From contig UYFQ01000218.1 of the NCBI GenBank assembly GCA_900617105.1, positions 62,001 to 126,000 of the forward strand: 64,000 nucleotides of DNA, written 5' to 3'. The position numbers and the translations under genes were made by a program. Below the pieces are notes generated by a model, which was not told the origin of the DNA, searched no databases, and saw only the letters and a program-made list of their open reading frames with translations. Origin of the DNA: Hydrurus foetidus. Taxonomy: Eukaryota. Shown piece after piece: positions 13,820-27,529 of this stretch; positions within the stretch are counted from its first letter, which is position 1, and every line of letters begins with the position of its first letter.

Positions 13820-14775
13820 CTGTCAAATTTTATCACAACATTCATGCAGACATACGGAGTTGTCGACGACTTTGCCATCATTTGAATTCTCGAAACTTAT
13901 CACCTCCTGGTGTTCACCTTGTGGGACATCGCAGAGCAGTCCAGTCTGCGCCTAACAAGTACACCTTTCCCACGAACGTACATTGTACATCGTGCATGTA
14001 CGGTATGCCTCTGTTAACATTCCACTACCACGCAGAGTCTGGTGAGACGTCGCAACACTTCATTGACCGTATATTTGTCGCATTAAGGATTTGATAAATC
14101 CATCCTTGTCGTAGCACGAAGGGCTCCAGTTGAATAGGATCGGATTACGATGATTGAGTAGACGATTTATTCAGAAGAACCCAATCCATGGAATGCACGT
14201 ACGCATAGCATACCACTTCTTGGAGAAATGACGGGGAGTGGTGAAAATGTCGAAATAGAAAAGGGCAACAAAGAAAGAACCCAGAAAAGATTAGTGCTTT
14301 AGATTACAACTTATTTTTTAAAAAGCTTGCAAAAAATGAACAGATACAATTGGATGAATTGAAAATAAATAAAAAGATTTTAGTATTTGGTTTCCTAAAA
14401 TTTAGTTGTGTGAAAAATAAAACTAAAATTATGATGCTACGATTACACGATGGAAAAGAGTACAAAAGAATGTACGACATTGTAACTAGGTAAAGCTGTT
14501 GTTACGGTGAATGCAATTAGGAGTGATAGATAGTGTATCAATCAAATACTTCTCAGTCTTGATGAATAGCTCTCTAATGCAATTGAAGTAAGTGTGTTAC
14601 TGCGCGTACGTATATCTCAATATTTAATAGATGGTCAAATGCAGAGCATAGGGATGTATTTTGTGTTTATTATTACATTGAAATGCACGGCACATCACTG
14701 TACTATACTACATTATTCTGGACGACACTTTTAGAGGTAAATTTATTTGTTTGTCAAGGCTGTAAGACGGGTTAA

Positions 14776-17700
14776 TTATCTGTGGTGAGGTACACTCCCA
14801 CTATACATACGTCTCGTATCCTGCAATGTATAATGATATAAGTGAGTAAGTGGTACCTCTAAAAACATCTTAAATCACCAAGAATTGAGATCAATAGGTT
14901 TGAACAGTTTCGGATAAAAAACTAAATGTGAGAGTAGTGTAAAAAAAATGTAAAAAAAAGTCAATTGCACGAGAACGAATTGAAATCAGATGCGCGGTAG
15001 CGTAATATTAAATTGCGGTCGCGACAAGTGCAGGAATCTGTTGATGAGAAATTGGTGATGCTTAACATTATTCAATCTGACTACATGCAATGTACATTAT
15101 AATTCTTAAATAGCAGCAATAATTCTTAAGAAGCAGCAACAAATCGTACCTCATCCAACAGCATAGAATAGGCGCTAAAAATCGTTTTAAAGTGGTCTTC
15201 TGCTCCTGGGTCTTTATTTTTGTCCGGGTGGTACTTGAGGGCCAATCTGTGATACGCAACTTTGATCTCTCGCGCTGTGCTCCTGTAGTCAAGCCCTGGA
15301 CACGCAGAAGGAGTGGAAAAGGAGTGAGTGAGGGAGTAGAAGAGGGATGGAGTGAATGAGGGAGTATGAGAGGAAGGGAGGGAGAATGGAAGAGTGAGGG
15401 AGGGAAGGAGGAAGGAAGGAAGGAGTGGGGTTAATGATATGAAACGTGAGGCACAGTTAGTAGTACAGTTGATAGAGAGAAATCTGAAAGCCATCAGTAG
15501 GTGGCACATACGTAATTAAGTGATGAAAAAGGGTAGCAAAACGGACAGTAAATTACCGTAAACGTACCTAGAGTGTTGTACGGACATCCCCTCCCACCGT
15601 TACGCACTATTCCTACTTCTTTTTCCTTCTTCTCATACTCCTCTTTCTTCTTCAGTCTTTCTCTCTCCCACTCTCTCGCTCTCTCCTTTCTCTTTCTCTT
15701 TCTCTCATCTTCTCCCTTTCTCTCTCCTTCTCCCTTTCTCTTTCCTTCTCTCTATACATCTCTCTTTCCATCTCACCTTTCAAACTCTTGTCCGTACTGC
15801 CCCATGAAGAACGAACGTTGTCCCATCTCTGAATCGACCACAAAAGTAAAAAACAGAGTCATATCAACAAGACGTCTAGTCTTAAAGACAGGTCATATAA
15901 AGACACATCATACTAGAGCTTTTAATCAATCGATATTCTCACCTCACTGCCACTGAACTCGGTAGTACGCTGTTTACGAGAGGGAGAAGATATAGGAGAG
16001 AGGTTGCTTGGGCGAGATGTCTCTACAAATAAGAAGAAGAGTAATTTAGAGAGCAATGAATAGATGATAGAGAGAGATAAAAAGAAGGCAGGAAAAAGAC
16101 GGAAAATTGATTGGAGGACATGGAAAAAAAGAAGGGAAAGTTGGTGAGACAATGAGGGAAAGAAAAGTATCTCTGTGCATGTTGTCTTTTGCTGTGAGGT
16201 GGTCTTAGTTCTGCGTTAGAGTGACTTCAATCAAATCATCAGTGAAATATGTGCCTTGAGATGTAGACAGAGTAAACAATAGACACAGACATAGCTTGAG
16301 AAATCAGACAAAATGGCTGATGAATTACCATCTTTTTTTCTTTGTTCCGCATCACTTTTCGCTTTTGCGTATTCTCTCTGCTTTGCCTCTTCAACTGAAT
16401 AATAATAAAAGGAAATAAAAATGAGGGCTAACGTGCGGTAGAGTTGATGATAGTAGTAATGATAATAATCTGAAATTAATCAGCCAGTCAGTCAGTTAGA
16501 GTATCATTCAGTGCATCAGTCAGACAATCAGTCAGTCAGCAAATTATTCAGTTAGTGTATCAGTGAGCCAGTCATCTCACTTAACAATAATCAACATAAT
16601 AAAATAAGACGTAATTCACTAAAAAATAAACCTCTTACCGCTGACTCTCAGTCTATAAGTGTCCACCACTTTGTCGAGCTCCCTTCTTATCTGGGCAGAG
16701 TCAGGAGGGGACGGAATGGCGCCAAGATAGTGCTTGTAGTCTGTGATACTTGCGGTGAACAAATTGGATTGCTGCAGTTGATGTGTGGGTGGATGAGAGG
16801 GAGAGCTTGAGAGAGAGTACGTGAGGGAATACGTGCGTCTTAAAGAGAGAATGTGAGAGATCATGTGCTGGAGAGTATGTGTGTGTGCGTCTGTGTGTAG
16901 GGGTGGGGTAGGAGGCGTATAGATTTTCATACATACTGTGGAGAATGAGTTGGTTCTCGAGTCAGAGCTCTGGCAGTGCCGGTAGTTCATCGAGATGAAG
17001 ATGACTGTAGAATGGGGCTACGAGAATCTATTATGCTATAACTAGCACTTCTTGTTAGGAGATGGAGACGCCTTAAGGCATCCGAGTTGAGCTGTCGAAT
17101 GGAGACCATCGACACACAGACACGTACACACCCACACATTTTTATCACCTTACCACTGATACTCGATCATACATAAGTCACAACACACATAATAACACAC
17201 TCGTATGTACTCACATACTCGTTCACACACAAAGCCACACACTGACACGTATGCTCACATACTCACACACGCATACTATCCCATACACACACGTACATAC
17301 ACTCTAACGCATACGTACTCACCGCCAATACTCGTGCCCTCCTAAGATACGCTCTAAGATACAGGGAATCCTTGGCAATAGCTTGGCTGCATTCAACCGC
17401 AGCTTCCTTCAGCTGACCGGCTCCGAGGTATGCCGCTGCCCGGCCATTGTGCAGTATAGCGGACCACCTTACGGCCAACGGGTCCACCTATAGAATTTAT
17501 CGACACATCGGTGAGGAGTTCGTGTGATGTGTGCGGTGAATGTAGGAGGAAAGTTTTATAAAAAATAGGAATAGGGAGAGTTGATGCCTCTTCGAAGGCA
17601 TTTCACAGCACACACACATCTGCAGTCACACACACGCACATACATTCACAAATAAAAGCACCCACTCACACACAGCACAAATAGACTCTCACATTAATTG

Positions 17701-20700
17701 CTTTCGTATATGCCATTGCGGCCTCTGAATGTCTGGATGATCTGTACAGCTTGTCTCCTTGATTTTTAAAATCTACAATCTCAATGTTTTTCTTTTGTTC
17801 TCGAATCACCCAGGCCCATGGTCCTGTTGAGAAAAGGAGTTGAAGAGAGAAGAAGAAGGAGGAGGAGGAGGAGGAGGAAGAGAGAAGAAGAAGGAGGAGA
17901 AAAAGTAGAATGAGGAAAAGAAGAAGGAGAAAGTCATAAATTGGAAGAGGTGGATTTGGGATGTTGGAGAAAGTTATGGGGGTGTTGAAAAAACGAAATA
18001 GAAACATACACAGACAGATAAGCAAACAAACAAATAAGCTAACAGGCAAACAGAAAGACACGTACAAGCAGATAAATAGACAGACAGAAGCGGAGAAAAA
18101 ATGTCACTTGGTCAGTCAGTCACTTCCATAACAGCGCACTACGACCACCTCTCCCTGGCAGCACAGTAACTTGTAGTGTGCGTGAAAGAATAGTACCGTG
18201 CAGTACAGTACTGTGGTACAATGAAGTACAGTACTGTGCAGTACGTTCCTATTATCTTCACATCACATCACATCACATCACACCACACACGCCGCATACG
18301 CACTCGCAGTCTATCTTAAAGGGTTGCACTGTTATCTTACCATTCTCTACAGTCGCTTTATCAGCAGCGACATTGACAATAAGAGAAGCCGTCAATATCT
18401 TGACCAATTCATCAAAAATGAGCAGTATACGTGTCATTATGTCAGAACAACACGTCCTGCTAATGTCCAAGTTGCGTAGAGCGGAGAGATATATCTCTGC
18501 TAGTCCCGGACCCATCACTAAAAGGGACTGAACAACTGCAGCAGTGTCAACAGATACGATGTTTTTGCCCACTTTCTCAGTCCATACTAGTCTGTCTATC
18601 GATGGCGCGGGTAGTTGAGCGTTAGGGTGGGCAGCTAGGCGTAACACACTGCTGTGTGTATTGCAAATGAACTCATCTGCACAGGCCTTCGCCTCGCTCC
18701 ATCTAGATACACGACACAGTGCATTGCACTTTGATGTAAGTACTAACAGGGAGCACGGACAAGTCGAAAAGAGATCTTCCAATAGCACTAAAGCCGCTTG
18801 AGAGTCCCCACTTGACTCCAGCTGTCCTAAGCGTTTAAAAGACGATCTTGCGCCTGCTACAGATTTCAGACCGTTCTTCCCATCATTCCTAACACTTGCG
18901 AGTTCTTTATCTTCCTTCACTGACGCACTAGCTGTCGCTTCGGAAGCTTTGAAGAAGGATTCTGACGCATGCAGAAGATGTCCTAAGCGCAGCAAAGCAC
19001 GCCCTCTGCGTGTGTGCAGTTTGAGCAGACTGGGGTCCAGTAACAGGGCACTGGCACAGTCGTCAGCAGCTTCTACATATCTACAATGACGTCATCAGAA
19101 CAATCAGCAGAACAGTTACAATAGGAATAGTGCGTGCTTGTGCAGTAGAAGAAGACGAATGGCTTAAAATGTGATTTGCGCAATCCGAACACCCAGCGGT
19201 GATGAGGGGCATAGCCAGACAAAAAGAAGCAAAAAAAATTGTTGACTTGCAAGCACCACACATATAGAAAGCATAGGCCGACAAACAAAGAAAATTGGAC
19301 TGGATGCAATTTGCTCATCTAACAATAGAATAATAGGACAAAAAAATAAAAGTCCACGAGCAATATTAGATGGTGCATCACACCTTACCTTCCGAGCATC
19401 ATGAGACAAGCCGCTCTGTTCCCTAGTACAGTAGCTCTGTTAGACCACTTAGAAGACCCGAGTTTGAGACATTTTTCAAACGAAATAAGCGCTCTAGTGT
19501 ACTCTTCCAACACGTAATATTCACTTCCCTCTTTTCTGAATGATTCTGCTTGTGTGTTGCGCCGGTCTCGGGACTCCTCTAATGCTGATCTACTCTTTGC
19601 TGCCAGACTATTTAATTCTTTTTCCTTCTCAATGCTTTTTACGCTACTATTTATTTTATCACTTGAGAGTCCATCATTCTCTTGAAGACATTTTTCTTTT
19701 CCGCTGATCTTGTCACTCTTCTCTTTTAGTTTTTCTTTTTCTTTACTTTTGAGCTCCAGCTCTTTTTCTTTCGCTTTATATTTCTCCCTCTCAATTGCCC
19801 TTTCTCTTCTTTTTTCTCTCTCCACTTTGGTCACTTTTTCACTTAGTGACGAATTCGGAATAATATTGGCTCGAGATATGTTCCCCCTTGGGGATGGTAA
19901 ATCTTTTTTCTCCGCTGAAAATGATCCCCTAGGGGATGCTAGATCTTTTCTTTCCGAAAAAATCGCGGAACCTTCTTTGGTCAATTTGTTCTTTTTAGGA
20001 TTCGGAATATGATCATGAGCAGTGTTAGGAATAACATCTTCTGATTCTTTTGCATTTTTCTGTCCAGTTTCTAGATCCACACAATGGGTCGCTCGTAAAT
20101 CTGTCGTAGACCGATCGTGGAATATTCCGTTAAAGGCAGCGGATATATTAAAAGATTTAAATGCGCCATAACTCGATCTTCTTTCTTTCTTCGAGTGATT
20201 TGGATTAAATTTTTCTGATTTTTGAGATGTGGAATCTGTGGTGGTTTCTGGTCCAGGTTCCACACGTGCGGTTTGATTCGTACTTCTTTTGAACGGACGT
20301 TGAGGCAGAACATTTTCTGTCGTGCTGGTGGTGTGTGTTTTCTGACTGGTCTGTGAAGGACTTTGATATGGTTTTAAATATTCACGCACTAAATCCTTAT
20401 CAATTGAAAATTTATCATATTCTTCTACTTCTTTTTCTGTTACCTTTTCTCCTTCACTATCATTACCATTATCCACTTCTTTTTTACTCTTTTTATCATT
20501 CTCACCATCTCCATCTTCGCACGACAGATATTCTTCTTCATCGCTGTCATCGCCAGTCACATCCAACAAATTAATTCCTGTGTAAAATTTCTTCGCCGAT
20601 CTATTTTTTATGGGCATTTCTTTGTCCAAAGTTTTTCTGGCCGGTGATGTTACGGTAGAAATTGACGGGCTTCCGGCTGAAAAAATCAGAGATAAGGTTA

Positions 20701-22870
20701 ATAAAAAAAGAACAATAAATGTCGTGAAGAAAATTTAACAAGCGAAATAGAAATAAAAGGACGACAATAAATTCAAATACGTCAATGATCGAAAGAGTAC
20801 AGCTGATATTTTACATAAAAATATAACAGCCTTACCTGATCGATCTCCATGCGATGATGTTGTCCCACAATTTCTAAATTGAGAGTTATGACTCTTGCCG
20901 TATATCGTATTAGCACTCATAGCAGTATCAATATTGAGAGATTTTGAGTCATATTCAGCAGCTCTGCCATTTTTCTTTGCAGGGCTTTCTCTGACAAAAG
21001 AAAGTTCCGCAAGTTCAAGTTCAACTTCAAGTTGATCTTCCATTTCTTCACGTGTATTATGATAAGGATCTTCATCTTCTTCTTTTTCAAGCATTTTTGC
21101 CGTTTCTTTCATTGTTCTTGCAAAGGAATTATCAAAGCGATTATTACTGTCGAAATCACTGACATCACCAAATATAGATGCGTGTGTTTTATCCGTCTGA
21201 TTATTCTCCTCACAAACACTTTCCCCTCCTCTCCTTCCTCTCGGATTGAAACTGCTAGTATAACTATTCCTTCTATTTCCGTAAACTGAGTTCATGGAAC
21301 CCATTCCGAAATCTGATCCAAAGTCTGGTTCAGGATCTGTATGTACGTACGTGTCACCCACTTTAGCTGCGTGACTTTTCATTGGTCCGCCTGCTGTACT
21401 GCTCGAAACGTCTAAACTGTGTGTTTTTAATTCGTGTTCTCCAATTGTGGACATGCATTCTGATGAGTCATCGTCACTTTCCAACGCATTCTTATTAGTA
21501 TCGGAAGATATGGATATGTCAACAGCACCGACTGAAGGGGCGTGAGTTCGATCTCCATTAATGTAGTTAATATTGTTGATACACTTACTACTGATGTACT
21601 TCTCATTCTTATGTCCATTTCTTGAAGTGTTTACTTCGTTATTCATTCCATTTCTTGTGTCTTTATCTCTGCTAGAGTCGTTACTGTTATAATCCAGACT
21701 TCTGTGTATATCCGCCAAATCATGTTCATCCTTGATAGAACCCCACCAAAGGGGCGGAACATCGTCATCATCGGGCAGTACACCATTCTGTGAAGTATTT
21801 GTACATTCTGGTATAGTATTTTCGTAGTTAGCTGACTCGTCACTGTCTGACATAATGTCATCAGATGTCTGAAAGCATTTTTCTTGTTCTGCAAAATGTC
21901 GAAATTTCTCAGCCCTTAAATAGACATTCTCTTTCTCCATCAGATCCGCATGAGACTCCTCCGTATATGATGCATTATTGGATTGCAACGAAGGGGGGTA
22001 CAACTCAGGACGGCCTGGAGAATGAGGTCTGACTTGATCATCGACTTTTATGTTAGGATGTGATTCTGAGACGGTGTTCTGTTCTAATGATTTTGAAAGC
22101 GATGCGTATGATTTGTTAGGAATATCTGGGGAATCTGATGAACCGGTGTTCTGATTATCTGTAGTAGGTTGAGTCATGTCTGCTGTGTCAGTGAATTCCT
22201 CTGTATTCAGTGATGTGATATCATGTCCTCCTAGGATACTCGAGTCAGCAGAAGGAAGGGACTCATCGGTACTAGCTGATCGAAACATACCAGAGACAAT
22301 AGTTCTGTAAAAAGATGATGTTGAGCGCAATGACGGTCTTAGATTTGATTTTCTCAATCCACCGATTTTTTTTTTACTAGCCGATGCTTCCTCAAAAGGA
22401 ATCGAATTATTGAGCGCATCCGCTGATCTTCTTTCTGTACCCTCCAAATATTCATTTACGTCTAACTCAGACCCCTGATTTTTTGTAGTGATACCACTGA
22501 TATTGTCATATTCGTGGGTAGTTTTACCAGCTGAATCTACTCCACGTGTTTCGAATTCTGTCCCGCCTGACGTTGCTGATGTCTTGATCCGATATTTTCC
22601 GTCAAAAAAGTATACACCTGGTCCGCAGAAGGAGGTGGCGATCTCGCCGGAGCGATCGCCCATCTTAAATTGAGAGTCTGACGACGAAAACGAATCTAAG
22701 TCGTCCGAGGTTTTCGGCGATATCTTGCTTCTAGCCAACCTCAAGCTTGTTAATTTTGATGCCACATCACTTATAGGCATCGCAACTGTCTCCGTTGTCA
22801 GCATACTATCAATTAAAGCTCGCAAGTCTTCGATGCTAATCATCTGTGTTTCACTCTCAAGGTGATTCAT
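14776..22870 (-). CDS. TPR-repeat + C-terminal J-domain co-chaperone (DNAJC7/TPR2-like) with a long disordered N-terminus; ~10 exons
   Basis: TPR motifs: [12 protein letters not shown]...[84 protein letters not shown] domain: [43 protein letters not shown] (HPD motif, ~15150-15295). Last exon [14 protein letters not shown] at 14776-14820. GT-AG junctions seen. Confidence 0.85.
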
Positions 22871-23349
22871 GTTATAGATGTTTCAATAATATCGTCACTT
22901 AGTCTCAGCCCTTAGCTACCAAGGTTTCGATGTTCACAGGCGCAAACCGATCCTCCGCATGAGAACATGCGCACTGCTGTGATGAGTGCCAACCCACTTT
23001 GGATTACTGATACCTGGGAGTGACTGTATTTAAAACATCAGACAGAGATCTCATCAAGATGCATGTACAATGTACATACGATGCGGAATAGTATATAGAA
23101 TATAGTACAGCATACAGAACTTGGATAGGTATTCCGTATTCTGCATACCGGAAGGCTATACAGTATACTGTTGGTTGGGGTTTTCCATCTTCCATCTTCA
23201 ATCACACGGAGGCATGAAGATCACTTCGGAAGAACATAGGGTAGGGTTGACAAAAAGCAGTGCAGCTGCGAAGAAATACTTCAGGCAATAACTGTCTGCT
23301 AGGTGCAGCACGTCAATGCACAACGCCCCTAAAATCCACTGATCTTGTG

Positions 23350-24006
23350 ATGCTGTGGTCTAAGTTCGCCTCAACGTTATCGACGTTGTCAGTATTATCA
23401 ACTCACAGAGTTCTTGGACGCACATTTGTCCGCCTCCCGTCTGCTCGGCTTGGATGCAATGCACGTTTTATGTCATCATCTTCTGACGGATCAGCCAATA
23501 GTGGCTGGTGTAAAATCTGTGAATCAGAAGAGGACGTCGAAGATCTTGCGTCCTATATCGCATCAGTTGCAGGTGATGGAGACGTCATTCTAATGCGAGG
23601 GGACTTAGGGGCCGGCAAAACAACTTTCGCTCGGAGTTTAATAAGAACAAAATTTGATGATCAGAGCATGAGAGTCACAAGCCCATCGTATTTGCTTGAT
23701 AATACTTATGAATACGATGATGGACACATTCATCATATGGATCTTTACAGATTGCCAACTGGTTGTGATCTGAGCATACTTGGTATCCCGGAAATATATA
23801 GCACAGCACTTTGTATCATAGAATGGCCCGAAAGAATGGGTGATAAGTTGCCTTCGGAACATTTGGACGTGGAGATGCTGATAGATTTGGATGGCAGTAG
23901 AGCAATACGTCTGACATCCCGTGGGAACAAATGGAAAACGAAATTAAACTCTCTCTTTGATGGGAGTACATCAAGTTATGAGGGCGTTATACGGCGAGAT
24001 AGCTAG
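23350..24006 (+). CDS. tsaE: TsaE/YjeE t6A-biosynthesis P-loop ATPase with an N-terminal organelle (mitochondrial-like) presequence; intronless
   Basis: GDVILMRGDLGAGKTTFARSLI (Walker A), VTSPSYLLDNTY, HHMDLYRL and IIEWPER are diagnostic of TsaE. The first ATG (23350) gives an Arg/Ser-rich, acid-free leader MLWSKFASTLSTLSVLSTHRVLGRTFVRLPSARLGCNARFMSSSS. Confidence 0.9.
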   Translation: MLWSKFASTLSTLSVLSTHRVLGRTFVRLPSARLGCNARFMSSSSDGSANSGWCKICESEEDVEDLASYIASVAGDGDVILMRGDLGAGKTTFARSLIRTKFDDQSMRVTSPSYLLDNTYEYDDGHIHHMDLYRLPTGCDLSILGIPEIYSTALCIIEWPERMGDKLPSEHLDVEMLIDLDGSRAIRLTSRGNKWKTKLNSLFDGSTSSYEGVIRRDS

Positions 24007-24259
24007 TTGCCGCAAGCGGTTAGGGTTCTATATTTGGGAAGAAATTCGTCAGTATTTGCTTACAGAGCTTTAAATTTCTTAATTAAATTACAACTAATTC
24101 ATAGATTGACTTTCACTGTCTTAAGAGAACTACGGATATGAAGATGGGTGAAAATCGAATGTGACGAATCTCAATTTCGAGACGAGTTAAAAAAGAACGA
24201 CAATAACTTAGAACAGCATCCATGTCTGACAACAAGAAACTTATTCGTGTACTGAACGG

Positions 24260-27200
24260 TTATAAGGTAGAGTCTGTAACAAGCGAAATGGCTGCCTGCT
24301 GATACTCATGAGGACACGCAAATGAAGATCCTCTATTTGCTATCATATTTGGATTCCCTGGTCTAGAAAATGTCAAGATTTGTAAATTGATTATCTGCGA
24401 CTTGAATCCAGCTTCACAGTAGGCGAGGTATAAATTCCACAGTCTCATAAAGGAGTCATCAAATCCCAGCTCAACCACTCGGGGGAAAGCTTTGTTGAAT
24501 CGCACCCTCCACTGCCGGAGTGTCTCGGCATAATGAAGATTCGTGTTGACCACGTGTTCCAAGTGGAGAGTGCTTTCGTTAGCCATTGCGTTGAGAAGGG
24601 CGGATAAAGAAGGACAGCATCCTCCAGGGAATATGATGGTGTTGAGGAAATCAGCTGTTTTCACGTATACGGGATATCTAGAGTCGGGCATTGTGATAGC
24701 CTGCATGACGAATATTCCCTCTGTAATCAGCAATTTATCCACACAGCGGAAGAAAGTTGGTAGATGATTGTGTCCAACCGCCTCTATCATTTCGCAGCTG
24801 ACTATGCGGTCAAACTTTTTACCCCTTGCAGCGAAGACACGGTAGTCAACGAGCTCGAATGTAACAAGATGACCCACACCTTTCTCAATCACTTTTTCTC
24901 TGGCAAGTTCTGTTTGCTCAATAGACAGAGTTATGCCGAATACTTTGCACCCATATTTCTCAGCAGCTCGAATGCACACGCCTCCCCATCCGAATCCAAT
25001 GTCAAGGAGAGTGTGTTCAGGTCCAAGGGGCTCCAGTCGAGCCAACAGTGCATCTATTTTCCGCTTTTGAGCTTCTTCAAGGGTGTCAACGAATTCCAGC
25101 GACACTTTTGACATGCCACCTCCAATTGTTGCGCACGGGGTTTCCACTAAACGGGTCTTGAAAATGGCACTGCTGTACATCATGTGATCTTTATCCAGAA
25201 AAGTTTTGAACAGATCGTTGGATAGATCGTAGTGCTGAAAATGAAAGAGTGGAAATTGAGTGAATAATAGATGTGTATTTTGTTGAGTGGGAGTACTTCT
25301 TTCGGATTGTAAAAAAAGTAGAAATGAAAGAACCCTACCGCATGGATGTTGGACCGAGAGTTGGCAATGGAATTGTCCATGGTGAGTCTGTACCACAGCC
25401 AGTTGAGCGCTGTACCCACAGTTGCAGACGCTAGTTTGGATGCATCGACACCACCCTTAACTCTGTCTTTCCCATTGGGCATGTTGTCGATTAGATTCGT
25501 GAGCACTTTGGCCAGACCGTCTGAGTAGGGGCCAGTGTTTTCAATCTCCCATTCCCCCGCAATGTAGCTTCTTGCGAGTCCAAGGTCAGCTTCAAGGGCT
25601 AATCGCACCCAAAACCATGAACTGAAAACTCTCACAACAATCTCCTCTTCGTCAGGACTGACATTTTTACCCACAAACTCAACCCTTTTACCATCATTCG
25701 TAACAAAGGTCAGCTTGCCCTTTGAAAAACCTTTTCTCAGGAAGTGAAGAAGAAGAAACTTGCAGGATTTTTCAAGGGCCCATATAAGAGGTTTGCTTAC
25801 TAGTCCTGTGATACCAGCGAATATGGAGTGATTCTGGAAATTGCTGAGCTGCATTGAGGGGGCGGGGATCATAGTGTGTTGTCCATACCGCTGCACCCAG
25901 GGGAGAGGAACGCCTGTCATAGCAACAGCAACTTCAAGACCAGTTCTCATGCCGTCCTGATTGTGGAGAATTAAGAGTGTTCGTTAGGGTTACATTCTTC
26001 AAGGAACATTCTGAGAAATGAAGAATACTGCACGAAGCATTCATCCACAATTTACCTCATGGAAGCCATATCCCATCCAGGCTCCGCAAAAGTAGGTCCC
26101 TTTATTGCCCTGCAACTCAACCACCCTTTTCTGAGCAGCCACAGATTCTTGCGTGTACTGAGGATGAGTATAAATCATTTTCTTCAAAATTTTATCCGCA
26201 GCTGGGGGCTTTGAGGGGTTTAGACTGACAAATATATCTGTGGGGTGATTTAATTTCTGCAGCTTGTTGAGCCAGTAAGTCACGAAGACAGGTTTCTCTT
26301 CAGTAGTGGCTTTTGAGTTGCCGATATAGTTCCATGATGTCCAAGCAGATTTAGCTCTTGGCATGAGAGATGTGTCGGTGTGTACGTATGTGTCATTGGG
26401 CGAATAGCGGAAGCTTCCGATTACATCTCTCTCAAGTGCAGATGCGTCAGTGCCGAGGATTTGAAGTGCTTGATCAGGATGGCAAGAAAACACCACATTG
26501 TCATAGACCGATACTGCACCACTTTCCTCAACAGCTGTTATGATGTCAGCTCCAGATGTAGCATCGATGGACCGAGTTATACTCTTAATTGGACTATCTT
26601 TCTGTGCTCTAGCGCCCAGCTCTTTGACTATCTTTGCGACATATTCCTTGCTGCGACCAGCAGGGGTCATCCAGTTTATGTGGCCCGTGACTTGCAGAAG
26701 AAGGTGGCTGCAAAAAAAGAAGAGAGTGGGCAGATTTAGATCACACACAGCATCGCATGCGGCTAGAAAGCTTCTTCAAGAGGAAAAAGGACTCACTTAT
26801 TCAGAAATGAGAAGAGGGTTATTGCTGGAAATCCAAGAATCCCATCAGTGCTGGCGCTCCAAATAGCAGCCGTCATTGGGACCAAGTATAAGTTGGTGAA
26901 AGACTTAGAAAATCTGTGGTGGTCTAAGAACTGCTTGACAGTTTTCGATCTTGTAGGATGATTCTTTGGTAGAACAAGAGCTTTAAGGGCCTCCTTGTTG
27001 AAGCGAAGAATGTCTTTCATCATCGCATAAAACGCTGGATTGATAATGTTACTCGGTGTAGCCATGAGGCCGCTGATACTGTCGCCGCACCATTCGAACT
27101 TCCCATCGTCCATGGAAACTGAAAATCCCATTTCAGTGTTAAGACCTTTGACACCAAGTTCGTCGAACAAAGCAATAAGATTCGGGTAGTTCAGAGAGTT

Positions 27201-27529
27201 GTACACCATGAAGCCTGTGTCAACTTCCACACCTTCCACTGCAATCAGGACATGTTATCTGTTAGTATGCACGTTGGACTGAGCAGACCCATTCGCTATT
27301 TGCAATTCAAAGTACCTTCGACTGTATTGGCGTGACCACCGAAACGCGAGCCCGCTTCTTTCATCGTCACGTCCCACCCAGCTCTGTTGAGGTGCCAGGC
27401 ACTGCCAAGCCCAGCGCATCCACTTCCGATGACAAGAACTCGCTTACCGCGACCATTGCCAGTGTATGACGTTAGCTCCTTGACACAAGGAAAATAAGAC
27501 GTAGTCTTACTGTTTTGCATTTCACCCAT
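24260..27529 (-). CDS. Fusion of an FAD-dependent amine-oxidase-family oxidoreductase and a cyclopropane-fatty-acyl-phospholipid synthase (SAM methyltransferase); 5 exons
   Basis: Oxidoreductase half: [58 protein letters not shown] half: [74 protein letters not shown]. In-frame GT-AG junctions at ~27316/27238, ~26798/26708, ~26056/25956 and ~25340/25234. Confidence 0.9.

Noticed and set aside
13860..14280. Small gene in the gap between the first gene and the DnaJ gene
   Set aside because: No sustained reading frame or recognisable protein on either strand.
23350..27529. TsaE + CFA fusion as a horizontally acquired bacterial operon or contaminant
   Set aside because: The genes are convergent, the fusion has four spliceosomal introns, and TsaE has a eukaryotic targeting leader; they are functionally unrelated neighbours.
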